The notes under the pieces were generated by a model. That model had not been told where the DNA came from and did not search any database. It saw nothing but the letters and a program-made list of their open reading frames with translations. A stretch of DNA of 63,229 nt, counting the filler, from Sphacelaria rigidula (lineage: Eukaryota), in the NCBI GenBank assembly GCA_964200075.2. It is 7 parts of 7 records of this genome, joined end to end, with 100 filler letters (N's around TTAATTAATTAA, not from the genome) between each part and the next. Parts side by side here need not be neighbours in the genome. Positions count along the whole stretch, not along the records: positions 36,191 to 45,137 come from CAXNAA020009682.1; positions 45,238 to 54,183 come from CAXNAA020009683.1; 5 more parts are not named here. One strand, 5' to 3'. Positions 37,808-51,049 of the stretch are shown here, piece after piece (position 1 is the stretch's first letter; every line of letters begins with the position of its first letter). A program made the position numbers and the translations under genes.

Positions 37808-40800
37808 CGTAGGGCAGTCCACCTCCAGAACACGTACGTGCAGGTTCATGATGATCTACCAGCGGAACAATCTGCTGTAGGCGTTTTCTATTGGTTGACG
37901 GACTTGCGGGTCTGATCGGCAGACTATGTAGATTTGAACATCACATGCTTCACGCATGTGGTTACTTCCGATAACAAAGACTGTGTGTTTATGAATAACA
38001 ACTGTCTTGAAGTCTCCAAGCCCTAGCGAGGGAGGAAGCCGCTGGAGCAGTCTTGTGACCTTATCCTGAGTCCAGGAGGGCTCTATAATAAACGTTTATT
38101 AAGGGAACTCGCTGGTTTCTGGAAGAGGTTTGTCAGCTGTGGGCAGCTGCGGAGAAATTATCTCAGAATTTGTACACAGGAAGTATACACTCTGTAACCT
38201 GAGGGAGCTCGCTGACAACGGAGAGACGGCTAGGTTGGCTGGAACTGATGCGTGCAGCTATGGCAACGCGCAAGAAAGTGGGTGATGCCGATGCAGGCGA
38301 AGAGGTGAAGTTTAAGTTTACTGAGCTTATGCCTGCAGGATCGCTGAAAGACCCAGAGTACGGACGGCATTTTAGCGAAAATGCGTCCCAACGTTTTTAT
38401 CAGAAATACGTCGAGTATGAAGAGGCGGTCAAAATGAACAACAAAGGACGTAGCATGCAGGCCGTCTTACTGACTGTTACAGAACTGGTGCCGAGGCACA
38501 TACGTGCGTGTTTGTCACGCGCGATTTTTGTTCGCGGGATAGCCTACGGTGGTCAGTAAGATACACCTAGTCAGGGTAAGGTACAACAGTCTAGTGATAT
38601 ACCTGTTTGAGTTCCGGGTACTACGCGGGATGACTTTATATTGTGATGTTAGTGACTGGACATACGTGAGTGGTGCTTGTCGCATCTTGGTACCTTGGCC
38701 CCCATCGGGCCCACTCCCCTTCCTTCCCTCTTCATCAACAAACCTTGATATACATTTCTACCTCATCTTGATCGGCAGTCAGCCGTGTCCATTGATCGAC
38801 CATCGCAGTCGTGTCCATTGATCGACTATCTGAGTCGAGTCTACACCCCATCCTCTCACGGGGTCACGAAGCTACAAACACTCTAGAGCCCCTACCCAAC
38901 TTGAGGGCTTTGTGGCCAAGGGACCGATGGCGGACTGGAGCACTGCGGAAAGACACTCGGCCGTCGTGGAAGACACATCATCTCCAACAGAGATGCTGGA
39001 GGTGAAAGAGAATGTCGCCAGCTTTCAAGACTCGATGGCGGATATCAGCGAGCAGCTGGCGAAGCTGAAGACGATGATGGTGTCCAGGTAGTGCGCGGGA
39101 CATCGTCCACTGGCCCCGGAGCGGCAGCGGACGAGGAGGGGGAGGCAGGCGAGGGGAGGCACACCGTCACCGGTGCCGGAACAGGGAGGGTCCGGTCACC
39201 ACGCGTTGTAGAGATTGTATCAGGCCCTCTCCGAGGATAAACGGGCGATGGATCCGCCCAAGTAAGTACGAACGAGGAGTCCCCGGCTTACTACCCCCAT
39301 CTAGGCGTCAAGAGTTATTTCCGTGTTGATGAAAATTTTGATGGTCAGGAGGGAAATTGGCCGTTGTTTCGTGATGATATTTCCTGACACAAGTCAGTGC
39401 AGCAGGTTTTGTGAGCGCCCTACGAGACACACGAAATATTCAGGTTCACGGTGCGAGTAACGAGGATTTGGTTAGTCAGGGATTAGCACCACAGGAAGTC
39501 CAGATGTACAGACTCTTGTGGGCGGGATTGGTGAGTTCCATAAAGGATAATAAGCATGTGAAGCAAACCGTCTACTCCTGTAAGGGACCGTCTGTGGCGT
39601 GGCGAGCATTGGAAGAGTATTATGCGCCGTTGACTGGTGGTGAACAGATCTCGTTGGTTGGGAAGTTTTTCCATATGACACAGGAAACTGGCCAGGACCC
39701 CCGCGAATACTGGCAAGAATATCAGAACGTTATTGTGTCACTGGAAACGGCTCTCGAACAACCGATACCAAAGAAATTAGTATTCGCGCATTTTTCTGGG
39801 AGGACTCACAGCTGATTATGATCACCAGAAACAACACCTCCTCTCATAGAAAGGCTTGGATGTGGAAGATTTGTTGGCGACGTTGAGAAGTAGGTTCGGG
39901 ATGATCAGAGACAACAAGGGAAAGGATAGCCAAGCCTTGATATCAGCTGGGAAGAACAGTGGCAAAGGTAGTCGGAAGAGAAAATTACAAGGGACCTCGG
40001 GAAGTACGGGGGATTCAAAACTAGGCGGGCGTGAAAATGGTTCTGCGAAGGAGAGGTGATGTTGGATTTGCCGGAAGCAAACAACACACTTCGCGCGTGA
40101 CTGCCCGGAACGACATCGTATGAGATGCGGAAAAAGGGACACTCGTTCTAGGATTGTGATACAGGAGAAAAAGATACCGCGATAGCCGTAGGGTCGTCGG
40201 GTAGTACCGATTCTTCAGTATGTTTTGAAGCGGACGCAGAAGCCTTTGAAAAAAATGATGGCATGAGACCTATGCATGATTCAAATACCCCCTTCTTTTT
40301 ATGTTTTGAGTGTTCGTGACCGTCATGCAGGTAACGATTCATGTACCCAAGGAAAGGTTGATGCCCAGGTGGATCGAGATGTTGTACATCTCCGGACGAT
40401 GCTGAGACCATATTTTTGATATGGACACCGAAACTCAGTGTTGATGTTTGACGAATTTCTGTCTCAATGAGTGCAGACTTGCTTTGCGCGCTTGTTTGAC
40501 TCGGTTGATGAGTAGAAGATCGTCTGCCGTTTTTGTGAGTGTGAGAAGAGCGGGGCACCGCGTCTTGACTGTGGAACGGTGTCGGTGAAATCGCACAGAT
40601 TGAAGGTGCATGAAGAGTGTTGACGACATGTTTCGACATGGATGCCGAAACTCAACGCTCATGTGTTACATTGTTGCCACCTCGATGAGCGCAGGACTGT
40701 GGGGCATCGCACCCTTACTCGATCGGTTGAGGTGGACGTCACCTTGGTGAGTATAGGCACGTGGGGCACCATGGTCTGGCTAGACTAGATGGTGATATCG

Positions 40801-43800
40801 GTAAAACGTTCCGCGGAGGGGTATACGGATGAACGACGGTTGAGACCACAAAATTTGAGGTGGGTTCCGAAACTCGACATCTACGTGAAAAAGTTGTTGT
40901 CATTCCGAGAGGTGTAGGATTCGAGAGGCATCGGCTTCTTGACTGGATTGGTTGATAAGACTTCGTTGTTATGGTAGGAGCAAGGGCTGAGTATAGCGCA
41001 ATACTAGTAGCTTGGCTTGATCATGATAATATCGGAAGAGTGACTGTGGGCACAAATGAAATTCCTGTGCTACAGGTCAGCAAAACGCATGTGACCCATA
41101 TTTGATGGCTAATAGATAGAGCTGACGTTATGTGCGAGATGCGGTTCATGCGCACAGCATGATAAAAGAAGAGTGCATGGTATCACCCACATGGGAGCTT
41201 GTCGTTGCTCGGTTGGCTGTCCAGGCGAATTCCATACAGGTTTACACATGTTGGCACGGCATGTAAAAAAGTCAAAGTGTACTGTTTCATGCAACCAGGA
41301 TGCTAGCGGCCGAAATGCCGTTTGATCAATATGTGGTATGTGAACGAAACGTGAAGAATTGAAATAGTAGTGCTGGATCCGGGCATGATATGTGGGTGTG
41401 ATTTCGCGACTGCCGTAAGGCGACACCACAACAGTACGGTACGTGGTAAAAGTATGTTCATCGGTTGGTGATTGACGCGCCTGAGTAACATGGATATTAA
41501 TACTTTTCCTTTCTGTTGTCCCACTGCCCATTCCCCTCGGGTCTGCACGATATGTGAGACGCTGAGCCTCCAAAAACCATTCTTGTCCGACACAGGTGCT
41601 GTCTGTAAGGCTTAGACGAGCATGACATGACGGATGGTTTTGGAGGGCGGTGACCGATCAGGATCAAGATCAGCCCCTCGCTGCAAGTCTCCCCGCTACG
41701 GGGGAAAGATGACGAATGCAGCACTCCTTCCCCGTGGCCTAGAAGCGGGGGGGTGAAGACTTTGATTGGCAAGAATTGGGGGGGGCTGATGCTGATCGTG
41801 TGTTTTGTCTGGAGGCGGTGAGCTGCTTTGCTCCGCCGGTCAGCGAGGGGGAATAAGGGGTTAAGTAGACGTAGTGAGTGTCTAGTTTGGTTTGATGACG
41901 TAGGCACCACTGTGGTATGGATTGCTGAATTTATATTTTGACATTTGATTCTTGTACTGTAGGCTGGACATACGTGAGTGGTTCTTGTCGCATCTTGGTA
42001 CCTTGGCCCCCATCGGGCCTACTTCCCTTCCTTCCCTCTTCATCAACAAAGCTTTATATACATTTCTACCTCATCTTGATCGCCAGTAAGCCGTGTCCAT
42101 TGATCGACTATCGCAGTCGTGTCCATTGATCGACTATCTGAGTCGAGTCTGCACCCCATCCTCTCACGGGGTCACGAAGCTACAAACAACGGCTAGGTTG
42201 GCTGGAACTGTTGCGTGCAGCTATGGCAACGCGCAAGAAAGTGGGTGATGCCGATGCAGGCGAAGAGGTGAAGTTTAAGTTTACTGAGCTTATGCCTGCA
42301 GGATCGCTGAAAGACCCAGAGTACGGACGGCATTTCAGCGAGAATGCGTCCCGACGTTTTTTTCAGAAATACTTCGAGTATGAAGAGGCGGTCAAAATGA
42401 ACAACAAAGGACGTAGCATGCAGGCCGTCTTACTGACTGTTACTGAGCTGGTGCCGAGGCACATACGTGCGTGTTTGTCACGCGCGATTTTTGACGGATC
42501 CGTGCTTGACGAAGATGATCTCAAGGAGGCACTAGGCCGACAAGCGAAATGTTGGGAGGATGAAGAGATTGATCCTTCAGTTGCTGCTGCTGCTGTGCGG
42601 AAAGCGTTGGCAGCCCGCAACGAGCAAACTGTAATGGGAAGTGTAGAAGGGCAGAGGGGTGCCCTGGAGTTTTTTTTTTGCGGAGAATACTAGCGCTGAG
42701 CGTGCGTTCCGCGATGATGCAGATTTCAAACAAGGACCCGCTCAAATCATAACTCGGGAAATGTTGAATGGACTGACCCCCCCCCGAATTTAAAACTGAA
42801 GTCCTCAACATGTTGAACATGAAGGGGGGGTGGAAGGAGGACCCTGGGCTTGTGTTTAACACGGCTCGGGAAGCAGGGGAGGCATGGAAGACGGTGGGAG
42901 CGGCGGATAAGCAGCGCCGTCAGCAGCCGCAGCTGAAACAAAGGAGTGGCAGCGGGGCTTCCGGAAGCAAGCGCCAACCAAATGGTCGAAAGACGGCGAG
43001 CAGTGGAAATGGGACTGCCAGTTCAGGGAAAACCCGCAAACCAGGCCCAAACTATGCAGGATGTTTCATATGTGGAAACAAGGGCCATTTCCAGAAGATT
43101 TGCAAGCAGCAAAGCCAGGCTGGTGCTACACAACGTAGTGGCGGTGGGCAGACGAAGGCTGGCGACAAGCAGCAGCAACAACAGCTGTCGCAGCAGGGCT
43201 CTGCACAGGTGCCTCGCGGAGGGGGCACGAGTCCTGCCTCTACAGGGGCTGTCTTCTCAGCCGATGGACACAGTGCTCCCAGCGGGGGGCGACGTTGCCA
43301 CCAGAACCGGTCGTTTCCACAGGTGGCGTGCAGCAGACCGTCTCACCGTACTCTTTCCCGGGTTCGAACTCTGCGGCGGTGCCAGCATGGAGATCGCTCA
43401 AAGCGGGTGAGGAGTCAGGTTTTCAATCTGCGGGTCTGCAAGTAGATCACAAGGAAAGGTGGTGTCTTGCCGACTTGTCTGTTCCGAGTGCAGGGTCAAA
43501 GGGTGTTTGTCCGGTCACGGCTATTTTAGAATCAGAATCTGGACTTACGACCATGTCAGCTGGTGTGGCGGCGAAATTGCAAGCCATGGTTCCAGATGTC
43601 CAAGTGGTGAATCCGATGACTGGTGAACAGTTGGTGAAATTGGCAAATGGCAATGTTGAGCGCGTGAAGCAGAAAACTTGCCCTGTCCGCACCGCTTTGT
43701 GCACCAGCTGGGGTCCGGTTGTATCGGGCCCATGCTCCTATGCGGTCATGCCGGGTACCGATGATGTCATTATCATGGGGAGCCCTATGCTAGAGAAACT

Positions 43801-44798
43801 GCATTTTGATTTTCTCTACGTTGGCGAAAGTGGCCCCCTGCGAATTAGTGGCTTGGACGAAGGAGACGGGTTCAAGTATATATTAATCATGATGGACGAT
43901 TTGTGCAACTTCGTGTGGTTGGAGCCCACGGAGTCTTGTACGGCGGCCACGACGGTGAAGCATCTGATGACATGGTACAAAACGCTAGGGTCGCCATTCA
44001 CAATGTTGTGTATGGGTCAGCGGTACGGCATCGCATTTCAAGAATCGTTTTATGAGAGCGCTTGAGAAGGCGGATGTGGCAAAGATGAAAACTCGTGGGA
44101 GCCTCTGGAAACTATTTTGGACGGAGCCACGCCATTTGTAAAATCTGAGCTGCGTAAGTTGGGACTAAGTAAAAAGGTGCGAGCACGTTTGCAGACCAAG
44201 TATGGTATGAAGCTTTGAAAATATGATGATATCGAATGCTGCTGGTCAAGATGGTACTTTACTTGACACCTTTGCTTTGTGTGAGAATGCTTACGTGGAA
44301 ATTGCCGTTGAAGAATGGTTGACTTCCCTGAGTTCGCTTGAGATATTGTCTTTGAGTGTCGATGTTCAAGGTTGCGCACGTTGTTGTTTTTGTGGAACAT
44401 TAAATAGCATGGTCATATGTCACCAACAGGCGGACAAAGGTAGCATGAACGTGTTTGTCGGTGTCTACTGTTTGTCAAACTCGCTTTCTACTTCGAGTAG
44501 TGCGGAGTTTTGGGGTGCTGTAGAGTAGTCCACCTCCAGTTCAAGTACATGCAGGTTCATGATGATCTACAAGTGGAAAAATCTGCTGCAGGCGTTTTCT
44601 ATTAGTTGACGGAATTGCGGGTCTGATCGGCAGACTATGTGGATTTGAACAACACATGCTTCACGCATGTGGTTACTTCCGATAACGAAGGCTGTGTGTT
44701 TATGAATAACAACTGTCTTGAAGTCTCTAGGCCCTAGTGAGGGAGGAAGCCCTTGGAGCCGTCTTGTGACCTTATCCTGAGTCCAGGAGGGCTCTATA
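37808..44798 (+). mobile_element. Degenerate chromodomain-type Ty3/gypsy LTR retrotransposon without recognisable RT, containing a nested copia
   Basis: LTR repeats at 37808-38087 and 44519-44798. Gag-like ORF at 42211, zinc knuckle CFICGNKGHFQKIC, protease-like AILESESGLTTMS, integrase LHFDFLYV..KYILIMMDDLCNFVWLEP, and chromodomain-like DENSWEPLETI near 44090. Confidence 0.85.
38529..42188 (+). mobile_element. Degenerate Ty1/copia LTR retrotransposon nested in the gypsy gag
   Basis: The 5' LTR runs TGTT..AACA (38529-38880) and its 3' 225 bp recur at about 41964-42188. Copia-type gag peptide AWRALEEYYAP..FFHMTQETGQDPREY at 39411-39815 and zinc knuckle CWICRKQTTHFARDCP near 40060. Confidence 0.75.
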
Positions 44799-46930
44799 GT
44801 ACACATGTCGTGGTGCCTCGGCACTTGATGAGCAGCGTGGAGGTAGCGGCGAAGCCCGTTCGACTTTTCAAAATGATGAGGCGCATATGCCATCGTCGAT
44901 GGTCGTGTTGTTCCGCTACTTCCGACGTATAAAAATCAAGTTGAACAACCTCACCTGGCGCGATACCTTAAATAGTATCGCCAAAAACGTGCCAGGAGCA
45001 AGGGTGTGTTTCCATACGTGCATACTTCTTTTGATCCTCAAACACACGAAAACTCGTGTGATCTCTGCTCACAGACAACGAGCCTACGCATTTCGTAATT
45101 TCAGCTCATTTTCACGACATCAGCAGCAGTCACCATCNNNNNNNNNNNNNNNNNNNNNNNNNNNNNNNNNNNNNNNNNNNNTTAATTAATTAANNNNNNN
45201 NNNNNNNNNNNNNNNNNNNNNNNNNNNNNNNNNNNNNCTAGAGAGAGGTCGCGGTCGTCACTCACGGCCCGCCCCCCGTCACGCCAAAAACGGACCGCAC
45301 TTTCTCCGTCCTCCCCCCCCCCCCCCCCCCTATACGATCACTTGTGGGGTTTTGCGTGGAATTCCTGGATATCACTGGAACTAAGTTGCCCTCTTTATGG
45401 ATAGATACGGTGATTGAGTCGTCGTTCGGTATAGTACCAGGAAGAAGATGTTAGATACAGTTTCGGAAGATGTTTTTTTCGCATTTCAGCAATCAGAATG
45501 GAAGGGAGGGAAAGCCGGTAACGGTGTAAATTTCACGCTGAAAAATACTTGGGTATGAACTTTTCAGCGTCAGAGTCCTGTTTGGAGCAGTCCACACTGA
45601 ACTCCGATGTGATTCTTCAAACTTCACAGCCGAACAATAAAGAACCACCCCCCACCCCCACGGTAACACCCAATTTACAATCGATAATATACCCTGATAG
45701 CAAGCAAAGTCGGACATCGATCACAAGTGTCGTGCTCATCACAGTGGACGAGTCACGAAATAGCAACGCTGGGCATCGCGATCAGAGGATCTTCCTGACG
45801 CGGCCACGGTATCGGGCATTCGCTTGGTTGTGTTGCGTGAAATTCAAATGCTCGGCGCGTACAAGACGTTGCCCTGGATACAGCTCCTCACTCTTGCCGG
45901 CCTCAGCTGGAAGAAGACGGTGTGAACGTTTCGTAGTCTACAGCGCACAAGCAGTGCTATACCTGGCTACATTACTATTCTGTTAGAGGTTATCATTTAT
46001 TGCACCACCGTTGTGGGTGGCATGTTGGAGAATCGTTTGCAAAGGGGCTTTGCATGTTATGTGGAAGTGCTGTCGTTCTGTCTGTACGGTATCGCTGCAC
46101 TCTACCGTACCGCAATATACTGTAAGGTTCTGGATTGCACTGTGCTGCACCGTCTGTACTGGATACTCTGTATACTGCACAGCACTACAGTGCCCTGTGG
46201 TGCGGGGAAGTGGTGCAAGTTCATCGAAGCGTAGTGTACGGTACGGTACAGTACAGTACTACAGGGTACGGCACAAAACAAACTCGACGCTGTCTGTTGT
46301 GAAGTTCTGTGGTGACCCGTGCATCTTCGAACGAGACGCTAGTCGATGGCACATTTGGGGGGGGGTAACATGCAGCCAATCACGGCGACAAATCAAATCC
46401 ACGTCATACCACGTCACATCAGCTTCTGTTCTGAAATTTCCAGCGTCCACACTGAAGTTTCGTAAGCTTCCCTTCAGATTCTGAAATAATTTTCCCTCCC
46501 CCCTCAAAAACAAAATGTCCATGTTTCGATAGTTGTGTAAAGAGTTTTAATATTTGTGAAGTCTTGCACCCGAAGGTCGCATCACTGGACCAGGTTTTGG
46601 GTAGGGGCGAGAGTGGGAGAAATGAAAACTGTCGGAGGTTGACGAAGTCGTGGGCTAGGAGCTTGCGCAAGAGGGTTGAGATGTAATGTGTAAATGTGTA
46701 AAAATATTGCGTTCAACCATTTTTTTCCACTGGCCCTCCTCCTCATCGGGGTTTCTCTGATATTTGTTTCTGTTTCTCGATTGTATGTTTGTTCGTATGT
46801 CGTTCTCCTGTTGATATTACTTCCATGTTCATTGCTTCTTGGTGCGCGCGCGCCGTCCACCCCCCCTCTCCCTTGTTTTTTTACTCGTAGCTTGGTGTCG
46901 GCGACAATCTGACGTACGGAGATGAGCCAG

Positions 46931-49900
46931 GAGAGGTGAACTTGCTAGAGTCTGTGTTCGTGGGAAGCCTTCCCGTGCAAACGGTAGATCCCTTCGCGGG
47001 TGATTTTGATCCCATCACCATCTCGCCTACGGGGGCACCCGTTCCGACTCCCGCGCCTATCCCGGTGAGTTGTTCCGTTGCTGTGTACAGTGGTTACTTG
47101 GCGTGGATGTCTGGTGGGTACTGCTTTTGAGACATGCCAGGCACTGACTTGTATCGCGTGTGCGTGTGTGTGTTTTTTACCTATTCCAGACCCTGGACGA
47201 TATATTACGTTGTCGAAAAGTGTACTGCGCACAGGATCGACTGTTGCGTCCATTGCGATTGTCAAAAGATTCCATACTGTACGCAGTACACTTTGTGACC
47301 CGTGTAAGCTCTTGTCCACTGTGTGAACTTCTGAGCTGTGGAGAGCCAGTCTCTAGAGTAGCAAGTACCCCATGACTCGGGTCCCGTAAGCAACTTCCTT
47401 GAAGGGATTTCCCCCCTATCATCAGGTAGCTTGCTTGCACCTGGTATCCGCCGGACCTGGCTCGTAATCAATCACGTAGCGCGAAGCGCCGTGCTGTGTT
47501 CGGCGAGTCGCATGAAGGGTGAGCTGCATCCTGCTAAGAGTGTTCGGCCTGGAGCGTACCGATTATCTTGCATTTGGATGACAATCGATGAGTTGCTTGA
47601 TTTCGATGGTATCGCCAATTCCAGAGACATTCACGGCTTACACACTGCTTCATGGATGTCTCACCATTGGGGAGGGAGGGGGGAGGGACAGAAGCTGCCG
47701 CATTTACGCTATCCGTCGCTTCGTCGATCGACCCATAACTGCTCATGTCCTGGTTTGTTGGGATCTGGCGTTGTCTACCCTGTCGCGCAAATGAAGCGGT
47801 GAACTCATTCCCTACACCCCGAACCCCTCCTCCCGCTTCGCGCTGCTCTGTTTGTGACGGGAAAACACAGCAAACGCTCGCTCCTGGTTCGACTCGAATG
47901 CCGATCGACTCAGACGCAGAGGTGGAGTCTACGTCGGCGCCCGTTGAGCGTGGCCTACCGAGTCCGGCACGTGAGTCTTGTTCCCCCGTCATGTTTGTTA
48001 TTTCCTCCCTCATTATTATTTCTCTTGTTTTCTATTATATTTTTTCTTTGTCTTTACCCCCCCCAATATTCCATCAGTTTCTTCTGTCTCTGTCTCCATC
48101 TCTGTCTCTGTCTCCATGTCTCTCTCTCGTTTCACCTCCTAGGTGGTTGCGTATGTGTGTGTTTGTGTGTATACCCATCTGTTGAATGGTCGCCATCATC
48201 TTCGACGTGAAAAAAATGAACCGCCAGAGACTCGACTGCCAATCCGAAGGGCAGAACTACGGCAGAAACTAGGAAACTCTTTTGTCTCATCTTGTCTTGT
48301 CTTGTGCTTCACATTCAGATGTCGTTCCCGCTTTGAGTTCGTTTGTTGGGTCCCACTCACGTACGTGAGGCCAATCCATGCACTACTTGGAGTTTCGGGC
48401 ATTTTACGCACTTTCGAGTACCGAGAATGTTTCGAAAATCTCACCGCGGTAGGATAGAGTGGGTGGAGAGCCTTGGCGAGGGTGCCGTCACCATTTTTGG
48501 TCGACTTTTGGTAACGTGAGATGAGAGAGTCCATCGAGGAGAGCACAGTCGAGGATAAAAAGTCGATCGACAGCACCAGATTCCACGTTCCGCGCACCTC
48601 CGTGCACGGCGCGGTGCAATCACACCCAGTGATAAATCGAAATTCTCTACGAGCACGGTACGAGACATGACATGACATGACATGATATCATGGTAAAATA
48701 TAGCCTGACGCAGTGTAAGGTCCCGATCCTTCAGTTTGAAAAGAGGGTGGAACTCCACCGATCTGGGTGTGCCTGTAGAGTGCTTGAGCTCAATTTAATG
48801 CCCGGATTCTGTGGAGAACGGCATGCCACTGTGTGGAGGGATGATTCCAACCAGTACCTTGGACGTGGATGGAGGACGAACCACTGCTGTTATGCGATAC
48901 GGGTCAAGTCCAGGAGTTGTGAGACGAACCAGGGATGAAATCAGTCCCGTGAGGGAGGCGTGGGTGAAGTCACGGTATGTTCATACGGGAAAATGCCGCG
49001 TTTGTTATTGTACGCTGATTTTTTATGCATGTTTCCTTGTGCAACCTCCCCCCGCCCCCCCACCCTTCACACACGCACACATTTTTCGAGCTTGAAGGTG
49101 ATGCTTTTAACCCTGCGTGAACCTGCTTCCCGCTCCCATGGACCCCGTGCACACACCTACCTTACCCACCCGAACATTCGGAATTTCGAAACAGAAAATA
49201 ATGGCGACAGCAGCGATGAGGGAGGTGTCAGCACGGGTGCGACAGCAGGTACTAAAATGAGGCGAATGTGTGCTTCCAGTGCCGTGTCGTCAGGTGTTGA
49301 TATCATGATGGTTGGGGGATCGAGAATAAGGTGGCATTGCAAGGGGGGGTTGCGAAGGTTGCCTTCGGAGCGCCATGTAGCCCGAATCTGTGTGGCCACC
49401 CGTCGTTTTTTGTGTGTCGGTATTTTGCCCTTATTTTGTGCGCCCTTCGACTTACCGTCATGACCCTTCGACACGTTTGAGTCACGGTTTTCTGTCGGTA
49501 TCTTGTGCTTGCTTCCCTGCCTGCCTGTACAGGCATTGCTGTTGCTACTCTTGTGGCCACGCTTGGCATGTGGATAGTTGTCGGATGCTGTTACGTCAAG
49601 CGTAAGAAACATCGCGATCTGGATAAACCCGCAGCTCGCGCTGGTGCTGGTGGTGCAGCGGTTGAAGACAATACTGGACGGCACTTTAGCCGAGCAGGTA
49701 CGCTTTCACTATACGCGAATGATCGCTATTATCATTATTATTTTTTTCGCGAACTGTGTAGGATATGTGATATATCTCTTACTTAGTCCCTGCATCAGAG
49801 AGATGAATTATCGAGTCATCCTACGGTAGGGGGGGGGGGTATATGATTGCACGAATTAAGCGGCTCGAAAGTGTGTCAGACGACCTGCCACACTGGCGGT

Positions 49901-50375
49901 GCGCTTATATTTGGTTCAAAACGGTATCAATCGGTATGAATGAGCGTTATTCACCTATAACAAGCTCGTTCGAGCAACCGTTGCTCCTTTCAACGACGAT
50001 TTGACTTGGAATTTTGTGCAAGAAGTGGCCCAAATACCCCCCCACCTATCGTAGGATGACTCTATCGGAGACGATGCTCCGCGGGATTTTGGCTAAGCGG
50101 GTACCTTCTCATCGCACCCGATGTATGTTTTTTTTTCTGGTAACTGTGGAGCGACATGCTCTTGCCTCTCCTACTTGTTTTGTTTTCGTTTCGGCTTATC
50201 GGCAACGCGTCGCCTTGCCCTGTGGCCCTGATTCTCAGGCTATAGCGGGGCGCGCACGGGCACCCCGCTACACTCGGGCCGCAACAAGAAACGCTATGGC
50301 CCTCCAGCCTACGATCGCGCGAGCGCCCGCTCGCGGTCACCGCCACCCCGACATTCAGACGCCCGGATTCCATAG
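46931..50375 (+). CDS. 3' five exons of a single-pass type I membrane protein: 46931-47064, 47871-47970, 49195-49248, 49533-49697, 50239-50375
   Basis: All junctions are AG/GT with compatible phases (1-0, 0-1, 1-1, 1-1, 1-stop). The product has a Pro/Thr/Ser stalk (SPTGAPVPTPAPIP), a TM segment GATAGIAVATLVATLGMWIVVGCCYV, a KRKK stop-transfer and a tail containing PPAY before TAG. Confidence 0.8.
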
Positions 50376-51049
50376 AAGGCTACGCTCGGCTTGTCCTTGG
50401 CTACCGCACCCTACGCTACAGCAACTACCGCTACTCGTTTTGTTTCTCGTCGTTGTTTTGTTTTTTGTTGTCTTCCCTTCCTTTCTCCAGTGTTTCAAGT
50501 TTCGCCGATTTGTTTCACGGCATGACACTCAACAGCAAAAAAACAAAAAACAGCACACCCTGCAGTCCGAGAAAACAAGAAACGAAATCAAAGAAACAAA
50601 AACCAAGAGGAACAAAAATGCCTCGCCTGTCTGCCGCCGTCACCTCGGGCTTGTTTTGGTGGGGCTCGGGCTTGTTTCGGTGAGGGCAGCGGTAGCAGCG
50701 GCACGCTTGTCGCAGGGCAGCCTATTTATGGATCGGAGCGGGGGAAAAAATAGACACACACGAGAGAGAAACCAACGAGAGGGGGAAGCCCCAAGGCGTC
50801 ACCCGTATGCTTGGGAGACAAGCATACTGGGGAGCGAGGCAAACACGCGGCGGCCCCCAACCCGAGTGCCTTGACAGTTCTGGCGGCGCTGTGGTGTTCG
50901 TTCGGCGGCTGGTCGGGGTGTAGACTCCAGCCACCATTGTTACATAAGGTTCGGGACATTTGTAGGTGGAGTTGCGAGTCTGATTGCCGGACTCTGTGAT
51001 GGGTTACCTCCATGGCGTGAGGCTTGGTTTTGCTACTCTGGTGGAGAGA

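Noticed and set aside
50014..50874. 286-aa ORF as a gene
   Set aside because: It overlaps the terminal exon of the membrane protein in another frame and runs through low-complexity 3' UTR-like sequence.
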